Positions 17,021-26,887 of a stretch of DNA of 55,927 nucleotides are shown in pieces. The notes under the pieces are model-generated. The model had not been told where the DNA came from. It searched no databases and saw nothing but the letters and a program-made list of their open reading frames with translations. The stretch spans positions 1 to 55,927 of IMG/VR virus record IMGVR_UViG_3300013093_000056. One strand, 5' to 3'. Both the position numbers and the translations under genes were made by a program. The first letter of the stretch is position 1, and each line of letters begins with the position of its first letter. This DNA is from a virus. Lineage: Duplodnaviria; Caudoviricetes.

Positions 17021-18431
17021 TTTGAATCCTTTAGACATTAAAATTATTAATGTTGAAATTCAAAAATTTAATGGAAATGACAAAATGAGTATACAGGCTC
17101 AATTTGTTGAATTGTCGTTGTTCCAATCTATGTTTGAACCAACAATAAAAGCAGAAATGCTTGTAAACGATCAGATTGGGTTATTTGTCAACTATCCATT
17201 TACTGGTGAAGAACTCGTAATTATAACATACGAACAAATTAATAGCGTCTCAGGAATTGCTGCAAGAGAAGCTAACTCTCCAACTCAAACATTTACTCTA
17301 AAATTTATTATCAAGGGTGTACGTAATGTTATTGTTGGTGATCGTGCAAGATCATTAATGTATATTGTTGACCTTGTAACACCATACTATCTACAAAATG
17401 TAAGAAAGTATGTTTCTCATGCATACAACGATCTTTTGGAAGATGCAGCAGAAAAAGTGTATAATGAATACATTGCACAAGATACACAAGATAAATTTCA
17501 AATATCAAAACCATTTGTAAAAGAGGTTTCTACAAAGGTAAGACATATGGTTGTTCCTAACCTTAGACCTCTTGCTGCAATTAAGTGGCTTGCAAAACAT
17601 ACTGTTGCTAGTGATTATGATAATCACTTTGTATATTTGTTTTATGAAGATCTAGATAATTTCAACTATTTAACAATTCAAAAACTAGTTGAAGATGCTT
17701 ATAAGGTAAAAGAACAAATTAGAAGAAAAAAATACAAGTATGTTTCTGATACAGAAATAGAAAGTGCATCTCCTAGTGGCGATCCGGATCAAGATACAAG
17801 ATTAATTATGAACATTGTTTATAATAGAAGATTTTCTACAATTGAAAAGATTGCTGGTGGCTATTATCAAAATGAATTAGTGGAAATTAGTATGTTGCAA
17901 AAAAGCTACAATAGTACTCCATCAGAATTGGATAATGCAAACCCAGACAAGTTTATGCTTGGTAACCATCCATTGAATACACCAGAGTATATAAATTACG
18001 TAAAAAACCAAAAAGACAAAACAGAATATTCAAACAGAATAAGATACATTATTAATAACTACGAAGATTTTGGTCCTGGTAATTTATCACAACCTTCGTA
18101 CAGAAGTAAGTTTGGTAAAACTACAAGATATCTATTTGCATTGAATCAAATAGATCTTACTATCACTATTCCTGCCAACATGAGTATTAAAGCTGGTGAT
18201 ATTATTTGGTGTGATCTTCCAGAAAATCATGGATTCAATATAGTTGATCAAGACATATATCTTTCAGGATTTTTTATCGTTTCTGAAGTAAAGCAAGTTT
18301 TAACTTCTGGAGAAAGAGCTGCAACTTCTCTAAGAATATACAAAGATGGTTACTTGTCTACATTGTTAGAATCATCAGAATACAATACTTCTGTTAGCTC
18401 CCCTGTTATTAGAAACTATGGTCACCAATGA
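17013..18431 (+). CDS. Baseplate hub protein (gp27-like position)
   Basis: 472 aa between gp53 and gp5; P.TGEE, YLFYED, IKAGDII and YLSGFFIVSEV motifs. Confidence 0.65.
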   Translation: MANLNPLDIKIINVEIQKFNGNDKMSIQAQFVELSLFQSMFEPTIKAEMLVNDQIGLFVNYPFTGEELVIITYEQINSVSGIAAREANSPTQTFTLKFIIKGVRNVIVGDRARSLMYIVDLVTPYYLQNVRKYVSHAYNDLLEDAAEKVYNEYIAQDTQDKFQISKPFVKEVSTKVRHMVVPNLRPLAAIKWLAKHTVASDYDNHFVYLFYEDLDNFNYLTIQKLVEDAYKVKEQIRRKKYKYVSDTEIESASPSGDPDQDTRLIMNIVYNRRFSTIEKIAGGYYQNELVEISMLQKSYNSTPSELDNANPDKFMLGNHPLNTPEYINYVKNQKDKTEYSNRIRYIINNYEDFGPGNLSQPSYRSKFGKTTRYLFALNQIDLTITIPANMSIKAGDIIWCDLPENHGFNIVDQDIYLSGFFIVSEVKQVLTSGERAATSLRIYKDGYLSTLLESSEYNTSVSSPVIRNYGHQ

Positions 18432-19390
18432 TATCAGATGATTTTTATGGAGACAGTTATAGATGGTTTACCGGTATCGTTCAAGATATTGGTGATGATC
18501 GTTCACGTGTACGTGTAAGAATATTTGGTATTCATCATACAGAAGATACGGAAAAGGTATCCAACGAAGATCTTCCATGGGCATTAGTATTGTATCCAAC
18601 AACTGGAGGTCAGACTTCTGGAGGAACTGCTAGCCATGGTCTTGTTAGAGGTACATGGGTTGTTGGTTTCTTTGCAGATGGTGAAGATTCACAACAGCCA
18701 ATAGTTTTAGGTGTTATCAATGGAGGACAAAACTCCATGAATAATTCGCCTGGTGGAACACCAACTGCATCAGGAGCTACTGCATCTACTGCTGCTGCAA
18801 CTACAACAAACAATGCTAACATTCCTTCAGATAACAGTCAGCCAACTTCACAGCTTACAGGAAATGATAACCAAACAAAAGTATACAATTACTTTTGGGA
18901 AAGAATTTCTGCAGAAGGTGCATACTCAGGAGATCTTAAGGCTATTGTAGCAGCACTTGTAGGTAACTTCAATGTTGAGTCAAGTTGCAATCCTCAATCA
19001 TTCAATGGTAACGACAGAGGAGAAACATCTGTAGGTTTGGCTCAATGGAGAGGTGGCAAGTACGACAGAATTACACCACTTTTAAATTTTTGTGGTGGTG
19101 GTGTTGCTGCAAAAGGAAGTCTTCCTCCACTAGAAAGACAATTAGACTTTGTCTGGCATGAGTTGCATACTGGAGAAAAAACAGCATACAATAAACTAAT
19201 AACTTCTACAACAATCCAAGATGCTGTTGCAGGAATTATTTTTTACGAAAGAGATGCATCCTATCAAAAAATAAATGGTGTTTGGACTGTCAACAGAGAT
19301 TCACCTTACTATCAAAGTAAGTTAAGTGCTGCAAGAAAAGTATACTCTTCACTATCATATACTGGATCAACTACAGGAGCAAAAGGATGA
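18428..19390 (+). CDS. gp5: gp5 N-terminal OB-fold fused to a phage tail lysozyme (Phage_lysozyme2-like)
   Basis: WFTGIV, RVRVRIFGIH, LPWA and GTWVVGFFADGE..QQPIVLG; then GNFNVES..NP, GLAQW and QLDFVWHEL. Confidence 0.85.
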   Translation: MISDDFYGDSYRWFTGIVQDIGDDRSRVRVRIFGIHHTEDTEKVSNEDLPWALVLYPTTGGQTSGGTASHGLVRGTWVVGFFADGEDSQQPIVLGVINGGQNSMNNSPGGTPTASGATASTAAATTTNNANIPSDNSQPTSQLTGNDNQTKVYNYFWERISAEGAYSGDLKAIVAALVGNFNVESSCNPQSFNGNDRGETSVGLAQWRGGKYDRITPLLNFCGGGVAAKGSLPPLERQLDFVWHELHTGEKTAYNKLITSTTIQDAVAGIIFYERDASYQKINGVWTVNRDSPYYQSKLSAARKVYSSLSYTGSTTGAKG

Positions 19391-19767
19391 ACATTGTAAG
19401 TCCAGAAGCTGTTTCCTATAGCAAAGATTTATATTTTACTTTTTCTAAAACTCTAAAAGATGAAAAGGTAAATTTAAACGATTATGCTTCCAGCACATTT
19501 ATTATAGACATAGATGGAACTGTGTATCAAGGAGCACAAGCCAATCATGATAATGCCTCAATTACATTGATTGGTGGTATTAATATGTTCATAAATTCCA
19601 AAGCTGTTTACAGTGCTTCCCAATATTACATTACAGAACAACAAAAAATAACACTATATAAAATAATGAGAGAACAAGCTAGATATTATGACAGCTCTAC
19701 AATCACCAGTGATAACGACAAGCTAGAACAATCATTGAATGCCCTTTACTTAAATTACTGCGGATAA
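19387..19767 (+). CDS. Degenerate T7-lysozyme-like amidase-fold protein
   Basis: FIIDIDGTVYQG, SITLIGG and TEQQKITL match the amidase_2 pattern, but the zinc-binding His positions are substituted. Confidence 0.5.
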   Translation: MNIVSPEAVSYSKDLYFTFSKTLKDEKVNLNDYASSTFIIDIDGTVYQGAQANHDNASITLIGGINMFINSKAVYSASQYYITEQQKITLYKIMREQARYYDSSTITSDNDKLEQSLNALYLNYCG

Positions 19768-19770
19768 TAG

Positions 19771-21570
19771 ATGGCTGATACATTTACAAACCAGACCGAA
19801 CAAGTTAAACAAATAACCAATCCGGAAGGAGATGGAGTAGGAAGAACTGTATCTCCACAAAATATGGGTACTGGTAATCCAGCTCCTTATTATGAAGTCA
19901 CAGTAAAAGATAAACCTGGTGTAGGTAGTGACCAGACAATTACCCATACAGGTCCAGGAGCTGGTATTGTTGGAGGAACTGGACAAGCAACAGATATGCA
20001 AGGATTTGTTTCTGCAACAGGAAACAAAATTCTAATTGATAACACATTTGGTGCAGATACTATTACTATGCAGCATCATTCCGGTGCAACTATTATGATA
20101 GATGCAGATGGATCTATTCATCTTATTTCTTCTGGTAAAAAAGGTGTTGGAATTATTTCACCAAGAGGAGATTTGACTGTATATTCAAGAGGTCATTTAA
20201 TTCTTAAGGGTGAAGGTAAGATTACTATGGAGACTCAAGGAGACCTAGATTTTAACGTTGGAGGAAATTTAGGATTCCATGTTGGTGGTGATATGATTAC
20301 TTCCGTATCAGGTTCAGTTGATGAATCGATCGATGGAAGTAAATCATTTGAAGTAGCCAAAGATATGAGTACTATGATTGCTGGTGACTATAGAATCACA
20401 TCAGCAGGTAAAATGAGATTACAATCTTCTACAACTATAGAAGTTGATGCTGCACAAGACATTAATGTCAGAACTGATGGCAACTATGCAATTAATGCTC
20501 AAGGAATGATTTCACTTATTTGTCAAGCCTCTATGAATTTAAGTACAAGCAATAAATTTTATTTGTTTACTGCCAGTGACTCCACTCACCAAACCCAAGG
20601 TAACCATACAATTATTTCTACTGGGTCTACTAAGATATCTTCTTCTGGTGCTTCTTCTATTCATTCAGGTTCTTCATTAGATCTACTTTCAGGCGCAAAG
20701 ATTCAAGTAAAAGGATCTGGTACTGATGTGCAAATAGGTGGTACATTAAATCCAGATGGAGCACAATCTCCAACTGCTGCTGTACTTGCACAATACCCTC
20801 CTGCAAATACTGTTATAGATTCTATTACTTCAATAAGAGTTGCTCCAGATTTCCCTCTCAATGCAAAGAAGATGTCTGCTGCTGAATTTTCATTATATAA
20901 AAATGAAGGAGGAAGTCCAAATCCTCAAGCAGAAGCATTGGCTGCTGGTAATAAGGGAGCAGGTGCAGTTTATCAAGTTCAAGATTCTGGATTAACTGCA
21001 GAGGCTGTAGCAACAGGAATATACGATAGACCAGCTGGTACAGTTACTAATAATGGTATTGCGGAAAAGAATCCTCTTCCTATGCCAACATCAATTTACA
21101 ACACAAATGATAAGTTATCTAAGCACATTACAGTTGGTCAGTTAATTAACATTAGAAGTGCTCCTGCAAGTAGTCACAAACAAATCCTAACAGAAGCAAT
21201 GAATGTATCTTGGAACATCTTAGATCCTCTTTATGAAAAGTTTGGTGGCAAGTTAATGATCTCAAGTTGGTACAGAGACAATTCACATAACCATGTTAAA
21301 GGTGGTGCAGTAGACGTTCATGCTGGTTATCACGATCATGCAGGAACAGCTGAAATTGCTGCATTTGTTAGAGATTATCTTCCATACAACAAGGTATTGT
21401 TAGAAAAGAACGATGAGGGAAGCATCCACTGTCACGTAGAAGCTGCACAACCTGGTCAATCAGGTGGTGGAACTGTTCTTACTTGTGCTGATCCACATTG
21501 TGCTTCTTCTGTACCTGGATTACAGCTTTCTTATGCAGTAGCAGCATTACAAGGAAAAACATATGGTTGA
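19771..21570 (+). CDS. gp5 C-terminal beta-helix spike fused to an M15-family peptidase
   Basis: HHSGATIMIDADGS and V.G.... 8-residue repeats; C-terminal SWYR..H-x6-D (HVKGGAVD) and HCH motifs. Confidence 0.8.
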   Translation: MADTFTNQTEQVKQITNPEGDGVGRTVSPQNMGTGNPAPYYEVTVKDKPGVGSDQTITHTGPGAGIVGGTGQATDMQGFVSATGNKILIDNTFGADTITMQHHSGATIMIDADGSIHLISSGKKGVGIISPRGDLTVYSRGHLILKGEGKITMETQGDLDFNVGGNLGFHVGGDMITSVSGSVDESIDGSKSFEVAKDMSTMIAGDYRITSAGKMRLQSSTTIEVDAAQDINVRTDGNYAINAQGMISLICQASMNLSTSNKFYLFTASDSTHQTQGNHTIISTGSTKISSSGASSIHSGSSLDLLSGAKIQVKGSGTDVQIGGTLNPDGAQSPTAAVLAQYPPANTVIDSITSIRVAPDFPLNAKKMSAAEFSLYKNEGGSPNPQAEALAAGNKGAGAVYQVQDSGLTAEAVATGIYDRPAGTVTNNGIAEKNPLPMPTSIYNTNDKLSKHITVGQLINIRSAPASSHKQILTEAMNVSWNILDPLYEKFGGKLMISSWYRDNSHNHVKGGAVDVHAGYHDHAGTAEIAAFVRDYLPYNKVLLEKNDEGSIHCHVEAAQPGQSGGGTVLTCADPHCASSVPGLQLSYAVAALQGKTYG

Positions 21571-23038
21571 TAATGTTCCTGTAAATAGAGATACTAATGC
21601 TCTTATTCAAAGAGGCGTAATTCAAAAACCTGGTTTCTATGGAAGTCAGGAATTAAAACCTTCTAACGATTCATTTAATGGTGCAGTAGATACATCTGCT
21701 CAACTAGCAGGATTTGCTAATTCATTAAAAACTGCTTCTGCTCCTCCTACAAACTATGTAAGAACTCCTAGCAATTATATTCTTACTACTTTGGAGAAAC
21801 AAACAATTACCAACAAATGTAATGAGCTTGCAGCAAATGGAGTTGTTCCATATGGAACATTAGAACAATTTTTCTATATTCTTGCAGCAAACCAAAGCTA
21901 TGATACATTGGTTCAAATTTCTGATGTCGTAGGAATACCAGAGCTTGCAGATGAAAACAATATTCAAAATATTGTTGCTATTTGTGCTATTCAAGATATC
22001 TACAAGGTTGGATATCTTTCACAAGGTGTTGCTTCTGTTAATAATGCATATGGAACACAATATTCTCAAGTTCAACAATATAGCGATCCTAATCAAGGAA
22101 GCTATGGTAGTGTTCTTTCTGCTGCTAACTTAGGAACCAATCTTGGTGTAATAGGAGCAGCATTGATTGGACAGGCTTATAATAACAATGGTTGGAGTGG
22201 TCCACTTGGACAATCACCAAGTTTATCGTTCAGTTCAATTACAGGTTCTATATCTAATTATCAAGGATTGGCTAATGGAACCCTTCCTCCTTCCACAATT
22301 AATTCATTATTAAATCCAGCAGCATCTATTCAACAATCAGCTTCTCTTGCAGGAGGATCTTTAATAGGAAGTCTGATTAATCAAACTCCTCTTGGCGGTG
22401 CTCTAGGACAATTTGGTTCTCTTGGTGGCATTGTTGCAGGTCTGCTGTTAGGAAGATCTGGTGGAAATGCATTGGGTGGCTATATGTCTCAGGTAGTTCT
22501 TGGACAAAGACTAACTACTTCCAAACTAGCAAATAATCCTATGTTGACTCCTCCATCATATGCAGGAAAAAGTTTCTTTGGAGAAGCTCCAGTTGCATTA
22601 CCTGCTGTTGATCAGGTGTTTTGTAGAAGAGTAGGTGCATTTGGAACTACACAAGGAGGAAATGGTGTAGTGTCTTTTGGATTGCAAAATTTCTCTTCAT
22701 ATGGAGGAACACAAACAATTGCATCTGTTGTTTCTAGAATGTTAACTGGAAATTCTACACCTCCTCCAACAAATACTTTTTATGGTCAACAAATTACCTC
22801 AATGACCAACAATATGACAAACGTGATGAACGTGCAACCTTCTACAAGTATTGAAATGAGAAGATCGGACCATTCTATTCCATTCATGTTAGCAATGAGT
22901 GCTGTTTCAGTAGGAGAAACATTCTCACCTTTTGGATCTTCTGCATTTACATCGGGATGGAAATTGGCCGCTTCTACTGCAAATGACGTCCAAAAATACA
23001 ATCCACAGTATTTACAAACATGTAGAACCTCGTTATAA
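21563..23038 (+). CDS. Hypothetical virion protein, Gly/Ser-rich with hydrophobic segments
   Basis: 491 aa in the baseplate operon between gp5C and gp25; no family recognised. Confidence 0.7.
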   Translation: MVDNVPVNRDTNALIQRGVIQKPGFYGSQELKPSNDSFNGAVDTSAQLAGFANSLKTASAPPTNYVRTPSNYILTTLEKQTITNKCNELAANGVVPYGTLEQFFYILAANQSYDTLVQISDVVGIPELADENNIQNIVAICAIQDIYKVGYLSQGVASVNNAYGTQYSQVQQYSDPNQGSYGSVLSAANLGTNLGVIGAALIGQAYNNNGWSGPLGQSPSLSFSSITGSISNYQGLANGTLPPSTINSLLNPAASIQQSASLAGGSLIGSLINQTPLGGALGQFGSLGGIVAGLLLGRSGGNALGGYMSQVVLGQRLTTSKLANNPMLTPPSYAGKSFFGEAPVALPAVDQVFCRRVGAFGTTQGGNGVVSFGLQNFSSYGGTQTIASVVSRMLTGNSTPPPTNTFYGQQITSMTNNMTNVMNVQPSTSIEMRRSDHSIPFMLAMSAVSVGETFSPFGSSAFTSGWKLAASTANDVQKYNPQYLQTCRTSL

Positions 23039-23041
23039 ATA
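23034..23041 (+). promoter_or_regulatory. T4-type late promoter
   Basis: TATAAATA 4 nt before the gp25 ATG. Confidence 0.7.
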
Positions 23042-23045
23042 TTAG

Positions 23046-23435
23046 ATGGCAACAAACAGTTTATATTCAGATATACCAACTAACTTTGACATCCATCCTA
23101 TCAAAGAGGATTTGGTAACGATAACTGATGATGTTGCCGTAAAAAGATCAATTCGTAATCTAATACTAACTGATCCTTTTGAGAGATTCTACAATCCTCA
23201 ATTAGGTTCAGGAGTAAGGAAGAGTTTATTTGATAATATAAGTTCTGATACTGAATTTACTTTAAAAAAATACATAACTGAAACTATTGTTAATTATGAA
23301 CCAAGAGCCAATTTGATTGCTGTAAATGTTACTGCTTTACCAGATCAAAATGCTTACAGTGCTACTATAATATTCTCGATCAACAACAATGTTAATCCAA
23401 TAACATTAAATCTAATATTAAAAAGAGTAAGATAA
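23046..23435 (+). CDS. gp25: Baseplate wedge gp25
   Basis: YSD, AVKRSIRNLILT..ER.YNP..GS, YEPRA and L.RVR motifs. Confidence 0.93.
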   Translation: MATNSLYSDIPTNFDIHPIKEDLVTITDDVAVKRSIRNLILTDPFERFYNPQLGSGVRKSLFDNISSDTEFTLKKYITETIVNYEPRANLIAVNVTALPDQNAYSATIIFSINNNVNPITLNLILKRVR

Positions 23436-25225
23436 TGGCAAATACTGGCTTTCTTGATGTATCGTTGTTAAGTTTTGATGGAATTAAAAACAACCTAAAA
23501 ACGTTTTTAAGTTCTCAAGCTCAATTTCAAGATTACAATTTTGAAGGATCAAACCTTGGTGCGTTAATTGATATTCTTGCATACAACACATACTATAATT
23601 CTTTCTATGTTAACATGGTTGGAAGTGAGATGTTTTTGGATTCATCTCAGCTTCGAAGCTCAATAGTTTCCCATGCAAAAGAATTGAATTATACTCCAAG
23701 ATCTAGAACATCTGCATCAGCATTGGTTACTTTTGCAATTAATACAGGAACAGATAGTCCTGTTAACGTAACCATTCCACCTTTCTTTACATCTACTGCA
23801 ACAGTGGATGGTGTAAAAATGTACTATTCTACAGATGGTGCTATTACAATTAATCAAAATGCTCAGGGACAATATATAAGTCCTCCAACCTACATTTATG
23901 AAGGTGTTTTGGTATCTGAATATTTTACAGTTGATGGATCTACAAGATACATTATGAATTCTGAATATGTTGATTCTACTAGTATCAATGTTACTGTAAT
24001 TAATTCATCGACAGATTCTACAAATACCGTATATAATATGGCAACTTCTTTATACGGACTTACACCACTTTCACAAGTATACTTTGTTCAAGGATATGGT
24101 GACAACCAATATGAAATTATATTTGGTGATGGTACATTAGGAAAAGCTCTTGCTAATGGTAACATTGTAAATGTAACTTATCGCTCAACAAATGGTGAAT
24201 TGGGTAACAAAGCTTCTTCATTTACTCCAACAACAACAGTTGGTTTGTATCCTGTCGCTGTAAGTACAATTACTCCTGCTCAAAATGGTTCTGAAAGAGA
24301 ATCAGATGATTCTATTAAGTTCAATGCACCTCGCCATTTTACAACACAAAACAGAGCTGTCACAGCAGATGACTATTACAATCTTCTTCTAGAAAATTAT
24401 CCACAAATTAAAACACTTTATGTTTATGGAGGAGAGGATGCAACACCTCCTCAATATGGTACTGTTATCATAAGCATTATTCCATATGGAAATGCTCCAA
24501 CTATTTCCAATGAACTAAAGGCTAATATGATTTCGTTCCTTAAGACAAAAAGTATTACAACAATTCCTGTAATTGTAGATCCAGAATATTTGTATGTTGA
24601 AATTGTATCTACTGTAAGTTATAACCCATCATTGACTACACTAAGTGCTTCACAACTACAATCAGAAGTACTCAACCAAATTATTAACTATGATACAACA
24701 TATCTTACAGATTTTGGTAATGATTTAAGAAAATCTAAATTGACATCAATGATTGATGTTGCAGATCCGTCAATTATCAGTAACCAAACTTATCTAAGAG
24801 CAATCTATAAAATTGCTCCTACTATTGGTGTATCATCTACAATTACTTTCTCATTTGGTAACCAACTAAACAGACCATTCTTAAGAGCATATGCTTTAGG
24901 TGAAGAAGAAACAGTAAGAAGTGATTTCTTCTCGTACTATCAAAATGGAGTATTGTATTCTGCAAGAATTGCTGATGATGGTCAGGGAACATTGATTATC
25001 TATTATTATACTGCACAAGGGACTAAGATTGTTCTCAATTCTAATATAGGAACTGTTAACTACCAAACTGGTGATATGCAATTTACATTTACACCATACA
25101 ATTATGTCAATATAATTAACTTCTATGCAATCACATACTATGATGATATTGTTGTCACTGCAAACAAATATCTAAAAATTGACTATACCAACGTTAATGT
25201 AACCATGACTGTGTTTAAACAATAA
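23435..25225 (+). CDS. gp6: Baseplate wedge gp6
   Basis: FQDYNFEGSNL..LIDILAYNTYYN, EMFLDS, FGDG.LGK and QNRAVTADDY motifs. Confidence 0.95.
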   Translation: MANTGFLDVSLLSFDGIKNNLKTFLSSQAQFQDYNFEGSNLGALIDILAYNTYYNSFYVNMVGSEMFLDSSQLRSSIVSHAKELNYTPRSRTSASALVTFAINTGTDSPVNVTIPPFFTSTATVDGVKMYYSTDGAITINQNAQGQYISPPTYIYEGVLVSEYFTVDGSTRYIMNSEYVDSTSINVTVINSSTDSTNTVYNMATSLYGLTPLSQVYFVQGYGDNQYEIIFGDGTLGKALANGNIVNVTYRSTNGELGNKASSFTPTTTVGLYPVAVSTITPAQNGSERESDDSIKFNAPRHFTTQNRAVTADDYYNLLLENYPQIKTLYVYGGEDATPPQYGTVIISIIPYGNAPTISNELKANMISFLKTKSITTIPVIVDPEYLYVEIVSTVSYNPSLTTLSASQLQSEVLNQIINYDTTYLTDFGNDLRKSKLTSMIDVADPSIISNQTYLRAIYKIAPTIGVSSTITFSFGNQLNRPFLRAYALGEEETVRSDFFSYYQNGVLYSARIADDGQGTLIIYYYTAQGTKIVLNSNIGTVNYQTGDMQFTFTPYNYVNIINFYAITYYDDIVVTANKYLKIDYTNVNVTMTVFKQ

Positions 25226-26874
25226 TGATTACTGAACTTAAAAATATAGCTCCTTTTGTACAACAGCAATTTCCTGCATTTTATCAGGAAGAAGGACCCA
25301 ACTTTGTTCAATTTGTAAAAGCATATTATGAGTGGTTAGATCAACAAGGTCCTACTTCCTATGGAAGAAATCTATTAGAAACAACAGATATTGATACAAC
25401 TGCTCAACAATTTATATCTCATTTTATCAATGATTACATGCATGGTATACCTCTTTCAATTGTCTCAAATCCAAGATTATTGGAAAAACATATTCTTGAT
25501 GTTTATAGAGCAAAAGGATCAATTGAGGGATTAAAGCTTCTTTTTAGATTACTTTATAATCTAGATGTTAATATCAATTTACCCTACAAGGATGTATTAA
25601 GATCATCTGATGGACAATGGGTAAGAAATGCATACATTGAAGTAGAATTTAGAGATTCTAATTTTAGTTATTCTCAAAGAACTATAAAAGGTGCGATTTC
25701 AGGAGCAACTGCGTTTGTTACAAATCCAGCTAAAATCTATACTAGCAAACAAATAGTTTCTGCATTTTATGTCACCAACATTCAAAATGGATCAACAGGT
25801 TCTCCATTTATTGTAGGCGAATATTTACTTTATGATGGATTGGATATTAGACAAGCTACGTTTATTAAAGGATCACCTGTAAGTGCTACGGTAACAGGAT
25901 CTTCAATCAACAATGCTTTGAGTGATAATTTAGTTTCTATAACAGGGAGAGGTGAAGGCCTTTCGTTCAACGTAGCAACATTAGTAAATCCTTCTTTACT
26001 AAATGGATATATTACTTTTGGAATTGTTGATGGTGGTTTTGGTTACACAAATAATTCAATAGTTAATATTTCGTATCTTGGTGCATCTACAGGATCTGGT
26101 GCCTCATTTTATGTAAAACAGCTTTCTAATGTTGTACCATTCAGATATAATACAAACTTACTGGATCCTAACCACGATAATTATCAAATGAATATGTTGA
26201 TTAGTGCATCAAACTATGGAGCTAATCTTCTTCTTGCTAATTCTCAATCTGTTATTGGTAATGCTCTGACAGACGCTAATTTAAATATTGGAACTATTGC
26301 AGCTCTTGGTGGATTGACGTCAGGTGATCATAACTACAATGGTTCTGTATATCCATATGTTTACGATTCAAGAATTTTAGGTTATGGTATCCCAGATGCA
26401 AATGGAAATTTCTGGGGAAACAATGCTGTAATATTTGGAAATCCAACTACAGGAAATGGTATTATAGGATCTGTCGAATTACAATCTTCTGGTTTTGGAT
26501 TCAATAAACAAAATCAAAAAGTGACTTTCTTAAACCAAAACAATACACAATTACAATCAACGTTGACACTTAATATTGGTGCTATTGGATATGAAGCTGG
26601 TCAATGGATTGATACAAGTGGATTCTTAAATTCAGACAAATACTTGACAGACAGTTATTATTATCAGCAATTCTCTTATGAATTACAACTAGAAAAATCA
26701 CTAGATAAATATATCGATGTGCTAAAACAAGTTATGCATCCAGTAGGAAATAAGGTGTTTGGTCAGCCAGTAATTTCAGATAGTAATTACCTTAATATTA
26801 ACTTGGCTTATGAAGAAACAGCTTATACACAACCTTCTGGTCGTACAACCGTAACAGTTATAACTTACCCTTAA
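25225..26874 (+). CDS. Baseplate wedge protein (gp7-like)
   Basis: QFPAFY.EEGPNFVQFVKAYYEW, YRAKGS..LLFRLLY, DSYYYQQFSY and HPVG.K.FG motifs. Confidence 0.8.
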   Translation: MITELKNIAPFVQQQFPAFYQEEGPNFVQFVKAYYEWLDQQGPTSYGRNLLETTDIDTTAQQFISHFINDYMHGIPLSIVSNPRLLEKHILDVYRAKGSIEGLKLLFRLLYNLDVNINLPYKDVLRSSDGQWVRNAYIEVEFRDSNFSYSQRTIKGAISGATAFVTNPAKIYTSKQIVSAFYVTNIQNGSTGSPFIVGEYLLYDGLDIRQATFIKGSPVSATVTGSSINNALSDNLVSITGRGEGLSFNVATLVNPSLLNGYITFGIVDGGFGYTNNSIVNISYLGASTGSGASFYVKQLSNVVPFRYNTNLLDPNHDNYQMNMLISASNYGANLLLANSQSVIGNALTDANLNIGTIAALGGLTSGDHNYNGSVYPYVYDSRILGYGIPDANGNFWGNNAVIFGNPTTGNGIIGSVELQSSGFGFNKQNQKVTFLNQNNTQLQSTLTLNIGAIGYEAGQWIDTSGFLNSDKYLTDSYYYQQFSYELQLEKSLDKYIDVLKQVMHPVGNKVFGQPVISDSNYLNINLAYEETAYTQPSGRTTVTVITYP

Positions 26875-26887
26875 TAGTAGAATAATA

